From: Octopus vulgaris
Lineage: Eukaryota
Assembly: GCA_951406725.2 (NCBI GenBank)
Contig: OX597819.1
Coordinates: forward strand, 7,440,001-7,504,000
Direction of reading: 5' to 3'
Length of the DNA: 64,000 nucleotides
This document shows positions 50,536 to 63,463 of the stretch, piece by piece. Both the position numbers and the translations under genes were made by a program. Under the pieces are notes generated by a model, which worked only from the letters and a program-made list of their open reading frames with translations, searched no databases and was not told the origin of the DNA. Every line of letters begins with the position of its first letter. Within the stretch, counting starts at the first letter, position 1.

Positions 50536-51075
50536 ATGTTAAAAATCTTTCAGAATTGTAACAAATTTTATAATGGTTACTATTTATAACTTTTCTAATT
50601 GTAAATCTTTCAGTGGTTAATCGAAGTCCTGGAAGGGGAATAAAATTTACAAAGAAAGGGACAAAGAAAGTTTTAAATCATATGACCTAAAATGTTCATG
50701 CAGGCATAGAAAATAGATGTTGAATGATGAGAATGATGATGATGATTTGTCTCCTGCATCAATTTACTGGTTGTACACTAAATATGTAATGTTGATTTCA
50801 TAAGAGGTTTACTGAAAGTGAGACACTTATATTTTTCTCTGATGATATCAGTGTCACTAGTAAGTAAATTAAAATCCTGAGCTGGTGACTGGAGAAGGAG
50901 GAGGAGGCTGTCCCCTGAGCCAGCATGCTGCTATATGATGTACTCTGGTGGTGATGTTATTCCACATTTTCTGATCTCATTGCTGCTTGAATGACTCCTT
51001 GCGCTCATTCAACTACAGTGGAGGGCAATGATCAAAGTCTTTCCTGCCTTAAAACTACACTATATTTTTGTGCGT

Positions 51076-51459
51076 GGAGGCGCAATGGCCCAGTGGTTAG
51101 GGCAGCGGACTCGCGGTCATAGGATCACGGTTTCGATTCCCAGACCAGGCGTTGTGAGTGTTTATTGAGCGAAAACACCTAAAAAGCTCCACGAGGCTCC
51201 GGCAGGGGATGGTGGTGATCCCTGCTGTACTCTTTCACCACAACTTTCTCTCACTCTTACTTCCTGTTTCTGTTGTACCTGTATTTCAAAGGGCCGGCCT
51301 TGTCACTCTCTGTGTCACGCTAAATATCCCTGAGAACTACGTTAAGGGTACATGTGTCTGTGGAGTGCTCAGCCACTTACACGTTAATTTCACAAGCAGG
51401 CTGTTCCGTTGATTCGGATCAACCGGAACCCTCGTTGTCGTAACCGACGGAGTGCTTCC
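51076..51459 (+). mobile_element. SINE family B
   Basis: Full length. Confidence 0.93.
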
Positions 51460-52620
51460 ACCACATATTTTTGTACATCAGTAACTATATTACATTGGAT
51501 TATTTAAAATACAGAAGGCAGCAAGCTGGCAGAATCTTTAGCATGCTGGACACAATGCTTAGTGGAATTTTTTCCATAAATATCGGTTGAGCACTGGGGT
51601 TGATGCAATTGGCAACACCCACTCTCCAAAATTTCAGGCCTTGTGCCTATTGTAGAAAGGATTATTTAATACAGAGGATGTGATGTGAAGGGGATTTGGT
51701 TGCTATTTCTAACAGATGGAGCAATGCAGGCTCTCTCCCCCATTAAGCCTACATCTTGCTTTTTGGTGGGTCTTAAAAGTATCATTGATAACTACATTTT
51801 CTAAAATGTTTATTGTATCTCTAACTCTTCCCTACTGTACTAACTAAGATAAAAACATCAAGACATCTTTGCTGAATCATGTACACACTCAGAAACTCTT
51901 AATTGCACTTCCTCTTGTAGCTTCAGTGGTCTGATGAAAATTTCTGAAATTTTCTCTATATTTTGATACACTTATTTTTCTTTTTCCTCAGTGTTGTATG
52001 ACTCATTTCAGTTTCCTCTTTTTTTTTGGGGGGGGGTTTTACTTTTCCTTGTCTCTCTGATATCAACAAGTTCTGTATATTTTACCTAAAATGGTTTCAT
52101 AAAAAGGTTTTAAATAAAACTCCCTAGATAACAGGAATTGGGAAAGTTATAAAACCTAGACTTGTTGATTTCTGTTGTGTTCTCTGAGGAGACAGCTTTG
52201 ATCTTATATGTTTATTTTATTCCAGAATAAGTTTGAATTTCTAACTTGTATACACATTTATAGTTGTATTTCTTCTCTTGTTGCAAAGCTGAAGGAGTCA
52301 AATTTCTCATCTCTATCTAGATCATGCCAAATGATGACTCAGGAATTCTTTGAAACAGGGCTGGGTAGCTGGCTTCTTGACCTATCTATCCTACTACTGT
52401 TCCCTAGTTGCTGCTTAAAAAAAAAAGTAGGTTGAAGCAAAGGGAAAAATACTCTTTCCCATAACAAAAAAAAAACAAAAAAAAAATTTAGAATGGTTTT
52501 TGCAGTCAGTGAAATCTTCTTCCCCAAATTGAGGATGCATACATTCACACCCTCTTTTTTTTTTCTCCCCTGAAGAAGTTTGCATATATCTTCATGGAAA
52601 CTTCTGTATGTAAGCTTGCT

Positions 52621-52621
<1 letters not shown>

Positions 52622-52667
<46 letters not shown>

Positions 52668-52688
52668 TATCTCTCTCTCTCTCTCTCT

Positions 52689-52737
<49 letters not shown>
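52622..52737. repeat. compound (TA)n-(TC)n-(TA)n microsatellite
   Basis: Seen directly. Confidence 0.95.
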
Positions 52738-53214
52738 GATATGCTGGTGGGGATGCATATAAAAAGTCTGAATCTCCCTACCATCTATTTAAATATGAAA
52801 GAAAACAAACCTAAAGGAATAAATTTCTCTAAATATTATGGTAGTATTACATGACAAAAAATCCTTATTCCCTTTGGAGATAGACTTGTTTTGTTTCATA
52901 GTTGGCAATGGCTTCAGCATTAACTTGTTAATTATGTTGTTCCATACAAAAAGGGAAATGTGTTGTAAGGATTTTAGTAGGATGCAGAGATGTGCATCCA
53001 AGATAGGCTGCTTACTCATTTATGCATTATAGCTAGCTATTTTCTACACTTTTAATAAATTTAGTATGGTGTTGTACCAACAAGAGATCCTCTTCTGTAG
53101 TAGTGATTCCTAAAGGTTTTTCCATGTAGCGCATATAAAACTATTTTAGTGTAAATCGTGCATGAAGTAAACCAATGAATTGGAAAGAATATATTTTAGC
53201 CTGTTAACAAGTGC

Positions 53215-53440
53215 ATTTAACGTCTGTTTTCCATGCTGGCATGGGTTGGATGGTTTGACAGAGAACTGGCAAGTCGGGGAGTTGCACCAGGTTCCAATCT
53301 GATTAGGTATGGTTTTTTATGGCTGGATGCTTTTCCTAATGCCAGTCACTCCAAGAGTGTAGTGATTGCTTTTTACATGTTACCAGCATGGGTGCCAGTT
53401 GCATGTTACCAGCATCAACCACGACTATGATTTCCCTTGT
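53215..53440 (-). mobile_element. old RTE 3'-tail element
   Basis: Diverged family match. Confidence 0.75.
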
Positions 53441-54364
53441 TCTGATATGACTTAAAGTTTAGCCATAATTGGTTTTTCAAACAGTTGTAAAACTTTAAAG
53501 TATCAGTAATCTGTTTGTGAATCATTGCTCTTACATGATCATGTTACCTGCTAGAAACAACAACCAAATCTCTCTCAAATAACACCTTAATATCTTAAAA
53601 TAGGAAGGACATATTCGAATATTGTAGTTTTATGTGCACTTTTTTAATAGAATACAAAATAGTAGAGAAAAGTATTTGACCATAGATAGGTCTGTACAAT
53701 TGAGTCTGATCTGTCATTCTGTCATTTAATATTTGATTTGAAGATCATTTAGTGTCACTATTGATTTTCTTTTCATCTGAACACAAGAATATTTTAGAGA
53801 ATGAGTACAGTTGATATAACTGATCCCAATGTTTGCCAGTATTTTACTGAGCCTCTAGGGGAAGAAAGCATAGTTAGAGCCTTAAATAGTGTACTGCATT
53901 TAGCCTGGTTTTCCACTATTTCTGTAAAACTTACTACCCTATTTAGCATTACTCTTAAAGGGTTGAAGTTTTTTTCTGTCCCGTGTGTCTCATACACAAG
54001 GCATATATGTCCCTGGCATCCGTGCATCATATATGATACATATTCTTAGCTTTTTTTCAACCACCAAAGTATCTTGTGATTTATGAAAGAAAAACTTTAT
54101 ATTACTCAAAATGTATGAAACAAGGGCTAACTAAAAACCTGAAAACAAGTATAAATGTTTAGGACAAACTTGTGAGAATGCTTTTGACAGGCAAAGGGTT
54201 AACCCCATGTTGCTCTTGATCCAAAAAGCTGACATTAGGCTAAACAAGAAAAATAATTTATGGTCAAGAGTATTCCAGTTGTAGCTTTCTATTTTTATTG
54301 TTTAAGCATAGAACACCCAGTGTTACATTATCCAGTGTTCTTTTTTAAGATGGTTTGGTGAGGT

Positions 54365-54593
54365 TTAACCCTTTCGTTACCGTATTTATTTTGAGATGCT
54401 CTGTGTTTCATTCAATTAATTTTAATTATAATAAGGAATTTAGTAAAGAACTTAGTTATCATTAAGCTAGAGTTGGGAACATAAATTGTGATTAAGGTTT
54501 GGTGGAAGATTCTAATTCAATACTTATGAAAGTAAGACATTTGTACTACAGAGCCAGAGGCGGTTTTGGCCGGGTTGGTATCAAAAGGGTTAA
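54365..54593. mobile_element. TTAA MITE family 1
   Basis: Both termini. Confidence 0.9.
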
Positions 54594-54717
54594 TGGAGAT
54601 TTGGTCGCAATTTCTAGCAAGTCAAGTGACCATGGTGAGGCTCTTTCAATGGCTCAAGTGGTGGGTAATTGATTGTAATAGGAAGAATAACTGTATAGAC
54701 TAATGATTATAATTAAT

Positions 54718-55201
54718 TCGAAATTGAACCAATCCTATGACTGGCACCCGGCAGATGCCAGGACCCCTGGACTGGAGATACGTAAAAAGCACTATCTGAA
54801 TCGTGGCCGATGCCAGCGCCGCCTCGACTGGCCTCCGTGTCGCTGGCACGTAAAATGCACCAATCTGACCGTGGCCGATGCCAGCCTCGCCTGGCACCAG
54901 TGCAGGTGGCACATAAAATGCACCAATCCGACCGTGGCCGATGCCAGCCTCGCCTGGCACCAGTGCAGGTGGCACGTAAAATGCACCAATCCGATCGTGG
55001 CCAATGCCAGCCTCGCCTGGCACCAGTGCCAGTGGCACGTAAAAAGCACCCACTACACTCACGGAGTGGTTGGCGTTAGGAAGGGCATCCAGCTGTAGAA
55101 ACATTGCCAGATAAGACCGGAGCCTGGTGCAGCCTTCTGGCTTCCCAGATCCCCGGTCGAACCGTCCAACCCATGCTAGCATGGAGAACGGACGTTAAAC
55201 G
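54718..55201 (+). mobile_element. RTE 3'-tail element with 63-bp repeats
   Basis: 15-bp TSD atgattataattaat at 54703 and 55202. Confidence 0.93.
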
Positions 55202-56021
55202 ATGATTATAATTAATATTTGGTGTAGGACCCCAAGATGGAATCAAGGTAAGTGTGCATTAACAATGGAATGTAGGATGACAAAGTTGATGAAATACATT
55301 TTGTTGCTCATGATGACTGTTTTCTCTCTGAATATGGTTTGCCCTGTGTACATGATGGCATGAGTCAACCACTCCTAAATATGATTGCTCACTTTCCTTT
55401 CCTACTGTGCTTAGCAAATCTTAATTATATCCTTTAATGTTAAAGTAATTATTCTCATTACTGAAGTGTTGTGAGATATTAATTCATTTGTCGATTTGGT
55501 GGTTGTGTTTGAGTAATTGTGCTTCAGTGAATGTTTTATTTATTTATTTATTTATTTCTAGCAGTGTGTCTGGATGTAACTAGGTATGTGAATCGGTATT
55601 GACAGTGTTTGTATGCTGAAGTGGGAGCCAGCCTGCTTAAAACTTAGAAAGCCTTAGAAGTTGAATCAATTAAAAGTCTGCTTGTAATGAAAAGAAAGGG
55701 ACATTGACATTAGTGATAATTTTTGTTAAGAAAGACAAGAAAAACAACTCTGAATTCCTAATTGATTAAAAGTTGAATAGGGAGATGCAGCAAGTTCTGT
55801 ATCTGTGCTCAGCAAACAATTATGAAATAATCAAGAATACTCAAGTTTATATGAGTAATAAACAGCTATGTTTATAATACTAATAATATTTTGTTTCACT
55901 TTCCATCTTAGGGTCAGCTTTGCTTGTCATTCACAATCAGTAGAATTACAAAATAAGCTAACTCACTATAACTTTCATTTTACAAAAAGAAAAGGGCTTT
56001 GCTACAAAGTAACTGCTCATA

Positions 56022-56427
56022 TCTCTTTTACTCTTTTACTTCTTTCAGTCATTTGACTGCGGCCATGCTGGAGCACTGCCTTTAGTCGAGCAAATTGACC
56101 CCGGGACTTATTCTTTGTAAGCCCAGTACTTATTCTATCGGTCTCTTTTGCCGAACCGCTAAGTGACGAGGACGTAAACACACCAGCATCGGTTGTCAAG
56201 CAATGCTAGGGGAACAAACACAGACACACAAACACATACATATATATATATATACATATATACGACAGGCTTCTTTCAGTTTCCGTCTACCAAATCCACT
56301 CACAAGGCTTTGGTCAGCCCGAAGCTATAGCAGAAGGCACTTGTCCAAGGTGCCACGCAGTGGGACTGAAACTGGAACCATGTGATTGGTAAGCAAGCTA
56401 CTTACCACACAGCAACTCCTATGCCTA
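56022..56427 (-). mobile_element. SINE family A
   Basis: Family match. Confidence 0.93.
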
Positions 56428-57016
56428 CATGTCTATTTTATCACACTGGCATGGATTAGATATTGGATAAATGTAAGACATGCTGTCTGCAGTAATAGGT
56501 GGGTTGTTTCTGACTGCAGTGTTTTTGTATAGAGCAGTATTTGGATTTGAACATCAACAAGAAACCTATAATGATGCCACCTGCCAAGAATGGCATTGTT
56601 TTCTTTCTCTTACTATTAACATCATTGGTGTCAGAAACTCTCATGCCATCTCTTCAGTTAATTCCTTAATTAATGTTTTGTTAATTGTTTCCAGCTTTAC
56701 GGGTTATCTAATTATTGTTTCAAGAAATAGGAACCTTCAATTAAACTTTAGTTTGCACTTGTTACATCCCCCCTTTTAATCTGTTATAGGTTTAAGTGGT
56801 TCAATTTTATTATTTTTCATTATTTATTCGTGTAGACAATGTTTAAAATTGTTCAACTTTGGAATGTTGACAATTTTCTATAGTTTCTCTTTTCATTTTG
56901 GTTTTTAAGATTTCTGCCTCAGGCACACAATGCCGTGTGATGGTCATGCCTTCTCCAAAGACATTAATAAAATTCGAATGATAATTGGGCCACAGTTTAC
57001 TAGCAGGAAATTGCCA

Positions 57017-57446
57017 TTAACCCTTTAGCATTCAGATTATTCTGTCAAATGTAATGCTTATTTATTTGCATTGCTCTGAATTAACTGTGCATTTACCTTG
57101 TAGCTTTGAGATTTTCATGATATGATTGCTTATTTTTAGAAGGACATTGTAGGGTAGGTGTGGAAGGCTGCATCTAGCTAGTTTGAACATAAAACAGTAA
57201 AAATATTTAGGCCAGACATGGCTGGTTTAGCATTTAATCTGGCCATATCTGGCCCAAATATTCTACATGTTTTATGTTAAAACTGGCCAAATCCAACCTC
57301 TTAGACCTATACTAATATATCATTCTAGAATTATAAAAACATACCATTGAAATCTTGAAGCTGTAAGATAATGCATGAGAAATTCAAATCAATGTAAATA
57401 AATAAGCAAACATTTGACAAAAGAAATCTGAGTGCGAAAGGGTTAA
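57017..57446. mobile_element. inverted dimer of TTAA MITE family 2
   Basis: Two opposed copies fused at ~57225-57235 with outer TTAA ends. Confidence 0.85.
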
Positions 57447-57491
57447 ATCATTTATTACTTTTCTACACATTGATGAATGTATTTATTTTAA

Positions 57492-57862
57492 GTGGCACAT
57501 AAAAAGCAACATTCGAACGTGGCCGATGCCAGCGCCACCTCGACTGGCTCCAGTGCCAGTGGCACATAAAAAGCACCATCCGAACGTGGCCGATGCCAGC
57601 GCCGCCTTGGCTGGCTTCCGTGCCGGTGGCACGTTAAAAGCACCAACCGATTGTGGCCGATGCCGGACTCCCCTGGCACCTGTGCAGGTGGCACGTAAAA
57701 AGCACCCACTACACTCATGGAGTGGTTGGCGTTAGGAAGGGCATCCAGCTGTAGAAACTCTGCCAGATCAGACTGGAACCTGGTGCAGCCCCTGGCTTCC
57801 CAGACCCCTGTCGAACCGTCCAGCCCATGCTAGCGCGGAAAACGGACATTAAACGATGATGA
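57492..57862 (+). mobile_element. RTE 3'-tail element
   Basis: Family match. Confidence 0.9.
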
Positions 57863-58104
57863 TAAGCACCGAGGGACACTTAACAAAAGTACCCCGCATG
57901 GTATACGTTTTGTGTGTTCATGTATATTCTGTGCCATGGTTCTAATTTCCAATTGGGATAAACTCATTTGTGCCAATGGCTTTAGGAGAAACAAGTCTCA
58001 ACTTCTCACTTCCACACTTGTCATAAAAATCTTGATTTGTGTCAAGAAGAGATGATGCTCTTATGACAATGCCTGAATTTAAATGGAAAATTTATGTGTA
58101 AGCA

Positions 58105-58450
58105 CGTTTAAATATTTGTCATGCAAGATTTTTTATGTGAAGTCGTGTGTTGAAACAGATATTGTTATATTTCGGAATGGTCATTTTGCCAGTTTAGCCA
58201 ATAAAAACACACGCGCTATATATTTGGTGTTATTTTGCTTCAGTGTTATATATTTTTTACATTAATCTTAATCTTATTTCGGAAAGGACCACTGATGTGG
58301 TCACAGGAGTGTGACAAAAGAACTCTGGCCGAAATAAGATTAAGATTAATGTAAAAAATAAATAACACTGAAGCAAAGTAACACCAAATATATAGTGTGT
58401 GTGTTTTTATTGGCTAAACTGGCAAAATGACCATTCCGAAATATAACAAA
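58105..58450. mobile_element. fold-back element, probably Penelope-derived
   Basis: 121-bp inverted arms 58162-58282 / 58329-58449; 13-bp TSD ttatgtgtaagca at 58092 and 58451. Confidence 0.75.
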
Positions 58451-59452
58451 TTATGTGTAAGCATTTTTGTATAAAAGTTTCATTTTCTTAAAATCCAGAG
58501 TTACACTAAAGTCAAGATTTCAGATGAAGGTTTAGTAGCACTACCTTGGCCGAGTGTGAGGTTTGTGGTAGCAGAAAACCTTCACATAAGATGCTGTTCT
58601 ATAGTTAACAAATAGATACCAAATCCTGTTATAATAAATACTTCAAGCAGGAAGTTTGTATTGGAAACAACCACCAAATCTCACTTATATTATATTCTAC
58701 TGTCTTAAAAAAATACATATTGCATAGTATAATCCAGGATACACTATTCCAGGGATGGGGCAGGAAGGTGAGATTAGAATGTCTTAGGTAGTTTGCCTGG
58801 TCTGAGATTAACCCTGTTTCACAATACCATATAACTATGTGAAGTGCAATGTGTGTTAGTGTACATATACTGAGAGAAAAACTGGTTTATTGTCTCTGTA
58901 GGTTTGTGTTAACTAACTGGAAAAAAAATAATAAATAAATGAGCAACTACAAAACACACCTAAAGATATTTATTTTTGCCTGTTTCACTGTTTGAAATAA
59001 TATTTCTTCATTTTAGTTGCCAAATAACAAATGGAATCTTTATTATTTATATTAAAGCTTTGTCCTCAATTAATGCTAATGCTTTTGGGAAGGACTAATA
59101 ATTTTAACATATTTTTTTGCTCTAATTCTAAAACTTTATGGCTAATTAAGTATAAAGTGGTGGGTTTCATTGCTTCTGATGTTTCATCATCCAAAAACTA
59201 CAGTAGTATTACATAGAGCACATAAATCCTTATTTATGGATTCATTTATTACTGATTCAAGGTAACATATTACTCTGAATTGTGAAACATGTTACACATA
59301 TCACAGATTGATCTGTGATAACATGAGTCAGTAATCAGTCAAACATTCCCACTTGTACCTCAAAAGCATGCCTCAGTGACTATCCACAATACTCAACTAT
59401 CCAGAATGCACTGGCTGTTGCTTGTGTTTACATCACCAGGCTGCAAGTCTGC

Positions 59453-59630
59453 ATCATCATCATCATTTAGCGTCCGCTTTCCTTGCTAGCATGGGTTGGA
59501 CGGTTCAACTGGGGTCTGGGAAGCCAGGAGGCTGCACCAGGCCCAGTCTGATCTGGCAGTGTTTCTACGGCTGGATGCTCTTCCTAACGACAACCACTCC
59601 GTGAGTGTAGTGGGTGCTTTTTACATGCCT
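59453..59630 (-). mobile_element. RTE 3'-tail element
   Basis: Family match. Confidence 0.9.
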
Positions 59631-59710
59631 ATTTTTTTTTATATAGATTTATGTACTTGTCAGCATCCACCAAAGAACAGAAAAACTATAAAAGCACCTG
59701 ATCCTAACAA

Positions 59711-59820
59711 ATGATGCAGGAAAAGGTAGAGATGATTAAGAAAATGCATAAGGGTGGAAACTTTGCAGCTGTGGGCCATGAGTTTAGCATCAATGACTCT
59801 ACCATTTGTTCCATTTACAT
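59711..59820 (+). mobile_element. Tigger/pogo transposase N-terminal HTH fossil
   Basis: MQEKVEMIKKMHKGGNFAAVGHEFSINDSTICSI resembles the CENP-B/psq HTH. Confidence 0.7.
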
Positions 59821-60220
59821 AATGCATGGAGATGATAACTGTTTATCTTCATGATAAGCAAGGATAGCTGTATTGGAGCTTAGTTAACATTATTGATGTT
59901 ATTCTATTGGAAAACAAGAGAAAACACTTTTTTTTATGTTGGGTGATTTTGGCTCTTATCAGCTGAAGTATATAATTTTACCCTTGCTTGCTCAGTCTGA
60001 AGTAACCAACTTAGTATTTGGCAATGTTGTAAAAGACTAAGAAATGAGACCACTATTGGATGTGTCAAACTCCTCTCACTCACTTTCATCTATCAACTTT
60101 TTAAGAATAAAAGTCAATGAATGAAACCTTTATGACCTCACTTTTCAGTTGTGATATCAGACACATATATAGAACTTGTGCTAATATCATATTTTTCCAC
60201 TCATATCAAATTATCTTTAA

Positions 60221-60618
60221 TCTTTATATATAAAAGTGAGGTTGTGTGCTGTCTGTCTCCTATGATTTAGATTCCTAACTACTCCCACATTTTGCGGTGC
60301 AGTTTAACCAAAACCGGGTATCTTATAGTCGTGATTCATATCGAGCCCGTCTGGGTATTAGCGCGCGTCTACGATGAGTCTACAATTTAAAAAATAATTT
60401 ACCATCATTTTTTTCCATTTTAATGCATTTTTTCGCTATTATATAAGGGAAGTAATTCTCTAAAAATGTCTACGATGAGTCAACGATTTAAAAAAAATTA
60501 CCATAATTTTTTTTCCATTTTTAATGCATTTTTTTGCTACTTTTTGGCTATAACTCTCTAAAAATGCTTTATAGTGATTTCCCTTACAAGCCCGAGCAAC
60601 GCCGGGCGATACTGCTAG
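60221..60618 (+). mobile_element. non-autonomous Helitron
   Basis: A|TC...hairpin...CTAG|T. Confidence 0.88.
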
Positions 60619-61472
60619 TATTTGATAAAATTATAACTCTCCTCCCTTTAAAAATGTGATTTATTTCATAAATACATATTCAGGTTTGCCTTAGGACAAT
60701 GTTAAGCTCAAAATCAGCTCTAGTCAAGGAGACGTATCAAGCTGTGTGCATTGTATGTTTCTAGGGTTATTTAGCATTTCATCATCTAATGTGTTCTGTT
60801 CTTATTCAGGATGGTTGAATGTAATCTGATGCAATGTAATTTGGTTATTTTTAACGGTTTCAGTGACCAAGTAAGGGTTCCCCTGTTGCACTTGTGAGAT
60901 TCTCTCTGTTCAACAAGGTCTTTTTCTGTATGAAACTTAGTATTACTGAGTATAAAGTGTTGCTTCTATATCAACATCCATTTCTGGATATATAAATAAC
61001 TATGATTAGCCTGAAATGTCACTGCACTAATTAAAGTGACCTTTCTATTTTGGAATAACGAAAGCCAAGAAAGATTGGTCATTATATCAAATATCTCTCT
61101 CTTCTAATTTTGGAAAGAGGGTTCCAAAAGCTGGGTTACTATGTGTTAAGATATATAACCTGTGTGTATTACATGAAATATATTTTATGTAATATATATC
61201 AATGTTTGCAAATATTACAGTGAATATCATTTTTAATCAACATGACTGAGACTCTCTTATAAGTTCTTTTTATGATCTTTTCATATATGTATGACATGAG
61301 AATAATTTATTTTGAAGGAATATAAAACTAGATTACATTAGCTGTTATTTTTTTATGCAGTGGGCTGTAGCCATGCTAAAGTAACCCCTCCCAAAAAAAG
61401 AAAAAAAAAAGAGCGAGTTTATTGTTGCTAGAAGAGTATTAATTATAATTTATATAACAAAATTATTGCCTC

Positions 61473-61810
61473 ATTATCATCATCATCATCATCATCATCA
61501 CATTTGACATCCATTTTCCATTCTGGTATGAATAGGACTGCTTGACAGTAACTGGCAAGGCTGGGGGGCTACACCAGGTTCCACATTCTATTTTGGCTTG
61601 GTTTCTACAGCTGGATGCCCTTCCTAATGTCAACCTTGTTACAGTGTACTGGCTGTTTTCCATGTGACATCAGCACCGGTACTTTCTACATGACACCAGC
61701 ACCAATGCTTTTTACATTGTACCTTGGTTTTAGGATTGCAGTTTTGCTGTGGTGTGCAGATCTTTATTTCAACAATGCACCACATATCTCAGTCCTCTGT
61801 CATCTCCTTC
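61473..61810 (-). mobile_element. old RTE 3' end
   Basis: (CAT)n followed by diverged tail. Confidence 0.75.
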
Positions 61811-61905
61811 ATAATATTATAATATATAACAAGTATAACATATAGATATATAACAGAACTGATGATAATCATCATCATCACCATTTAATGCCTGCTTCCC
61901 ATGTT

Positions 61906-62140
61906 GGTGGTGAGCTGGCAGAAACGTTAGCACGCCGGGTGAAATGCGTAGCCGTATTTTGTCTGCTGTTACGTTCTGAGTTCAAATTCCACCGAGGTCG
62001 ACTTTGCCTTTCATCCTTTCGGGGTCGATTAAATAAGTACCAGTTTCGCACTGGGGGTCGATGTAATCGACTTAATACCTATGTCTGTCCTTGTATGTAC
62101 CCTCTATGTTTAGCCCCTTGTGGGTAATAAAGAAATAGGT
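61906..62140 (+). mobile_element. SINE family C inside an RTE-tail remnant
   Basis: Family match. Confidence 0.9.
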
Positions 62141-62884
62141 ACTGGCATCAGCCATGCTCAGATGGTGCTTTTTACGTGCCACCCACATGGGTGCCAGTTA
62201 GGTGTCACTGGCATCGGCCATGACTACAATTTCACTCAGTTCCACAAGTCTTCACAAATATGCCATATTGCCAGCACATGGGTTATACAGTTATTCTTTT
62301 ACTGATGTCATTAATAAGACTGGCCAAGCTGGGGCATCACCTTCAAGAGTTTAACTGATCACGTTGGTCATGGTATTTATTTCAGTCTGAACCTGATAGA
62401 GGTCTGTTTATTGAACTACTAAGTTATTTGCAATACACATAAAGGGTATTTTGAGCCAATGTGCGAGTCTACTTCTTAGAGATCATAGCTAAATCTCCCT
62501 CATATCACACCTTATTATCTTCATATTAGGGAAGAAACATTGAAAGATGTAGTCCTAAATATACAATGCTTGAAAAATAGTCCTGGCTGAAATGCCTTTG
62601 GTCATAGCCATGTTCAATCAAGACTTTGACCTGGATGATATAAATTTTAAAAGATATACAAAGGTGAACAAACCACTAAAACAGCACACTTGAAACAAGT
62701 GTATTTAATCCATTTGATATCAACGCACCCCCATCCCCCCGCAACTCTGGTTTATATGATACAAACTTCCTGCTTTAAAGTGAATTAACCTTTTAGTGTC
62801 TATGATTACTTTGTCAAATGTAATACTTATTTATTCACATTGTATTGAATTAATCATGCATTACTTCCTAGCTTCAAGATTTCA

Positions 62885-63269
62885 CTCTCTTTTACTTGTT
62901 TCAGTCATTTGACTGCGGCCATGCTGGGGCACCACCTTTAATCGAGCAACTCGACCCTGGAACTTATTCTTTTGTAAGCCCAGTACTTATTCTATCGGTC
63001 TCTTTTGCCGAACCGCTAAGTGACGGGGACGTAAACACACCAGCATCGGTTGTCAACCAATGCTAGAGGGACAAACACACACATACATATATATACACAT
63101 ATATACGACGGGCTTCTTTCAGTTTCTGTCTACCAAATCTACTCACAAGGCTTTGGTCGGCCCGAGGCTATAGTAGAAGACACTTGCCCAAGGTGCTACG
63201 CAGTGGGACTGAACCCACAACCATGTGGTTGGTAGACAGGCTACTTACCACACAGCCACTCCTGCACCT
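62885..63269 (-). mobile_element. SINE family A nested in MITE family 2 (62785-63400)
   Basis: MITE halves continue on both sides. Confidence 0.92.
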
Positions 63270-63463
63270 ACTGATGTGATTGTTTCTTTTTTAGAACAAC
63301 ATTGTAAGGTAGGTGTGAGAGGTCAGATCCATCCAGTTTGAATGAAAAACAGGTAAAACATTTGGGCTGGATACGGCTGGTTGAAATGCTACAAGGTTAA
63401 ATGAAAACCTTCAATAAAAATTTCTACTTAATTTATGTTCCAAGCAACAACTTAATAATGACT

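Noticed and set aside
50840-50881. C/D-box-like TGATGA..CTGA
   Set aside because: Too short, no terminal stem or recognisable guide.
51930-51957. CTGATGA..GAAA hammerhead-like string
   Set aside because: No credible stem I, II or III.
56480-56779. 99-aa ORF in unique DNA (also 53801-54049 and 29026-29319)
   Set aside because: No recognisable domain or convincing splice pair; composition expected from AT-rich DNA.
59300-59321. miR-2-like seed TATCACAG
   Set aside because: The rest differs from miR-2 and is self-complementary rather than one arm of a precursor.
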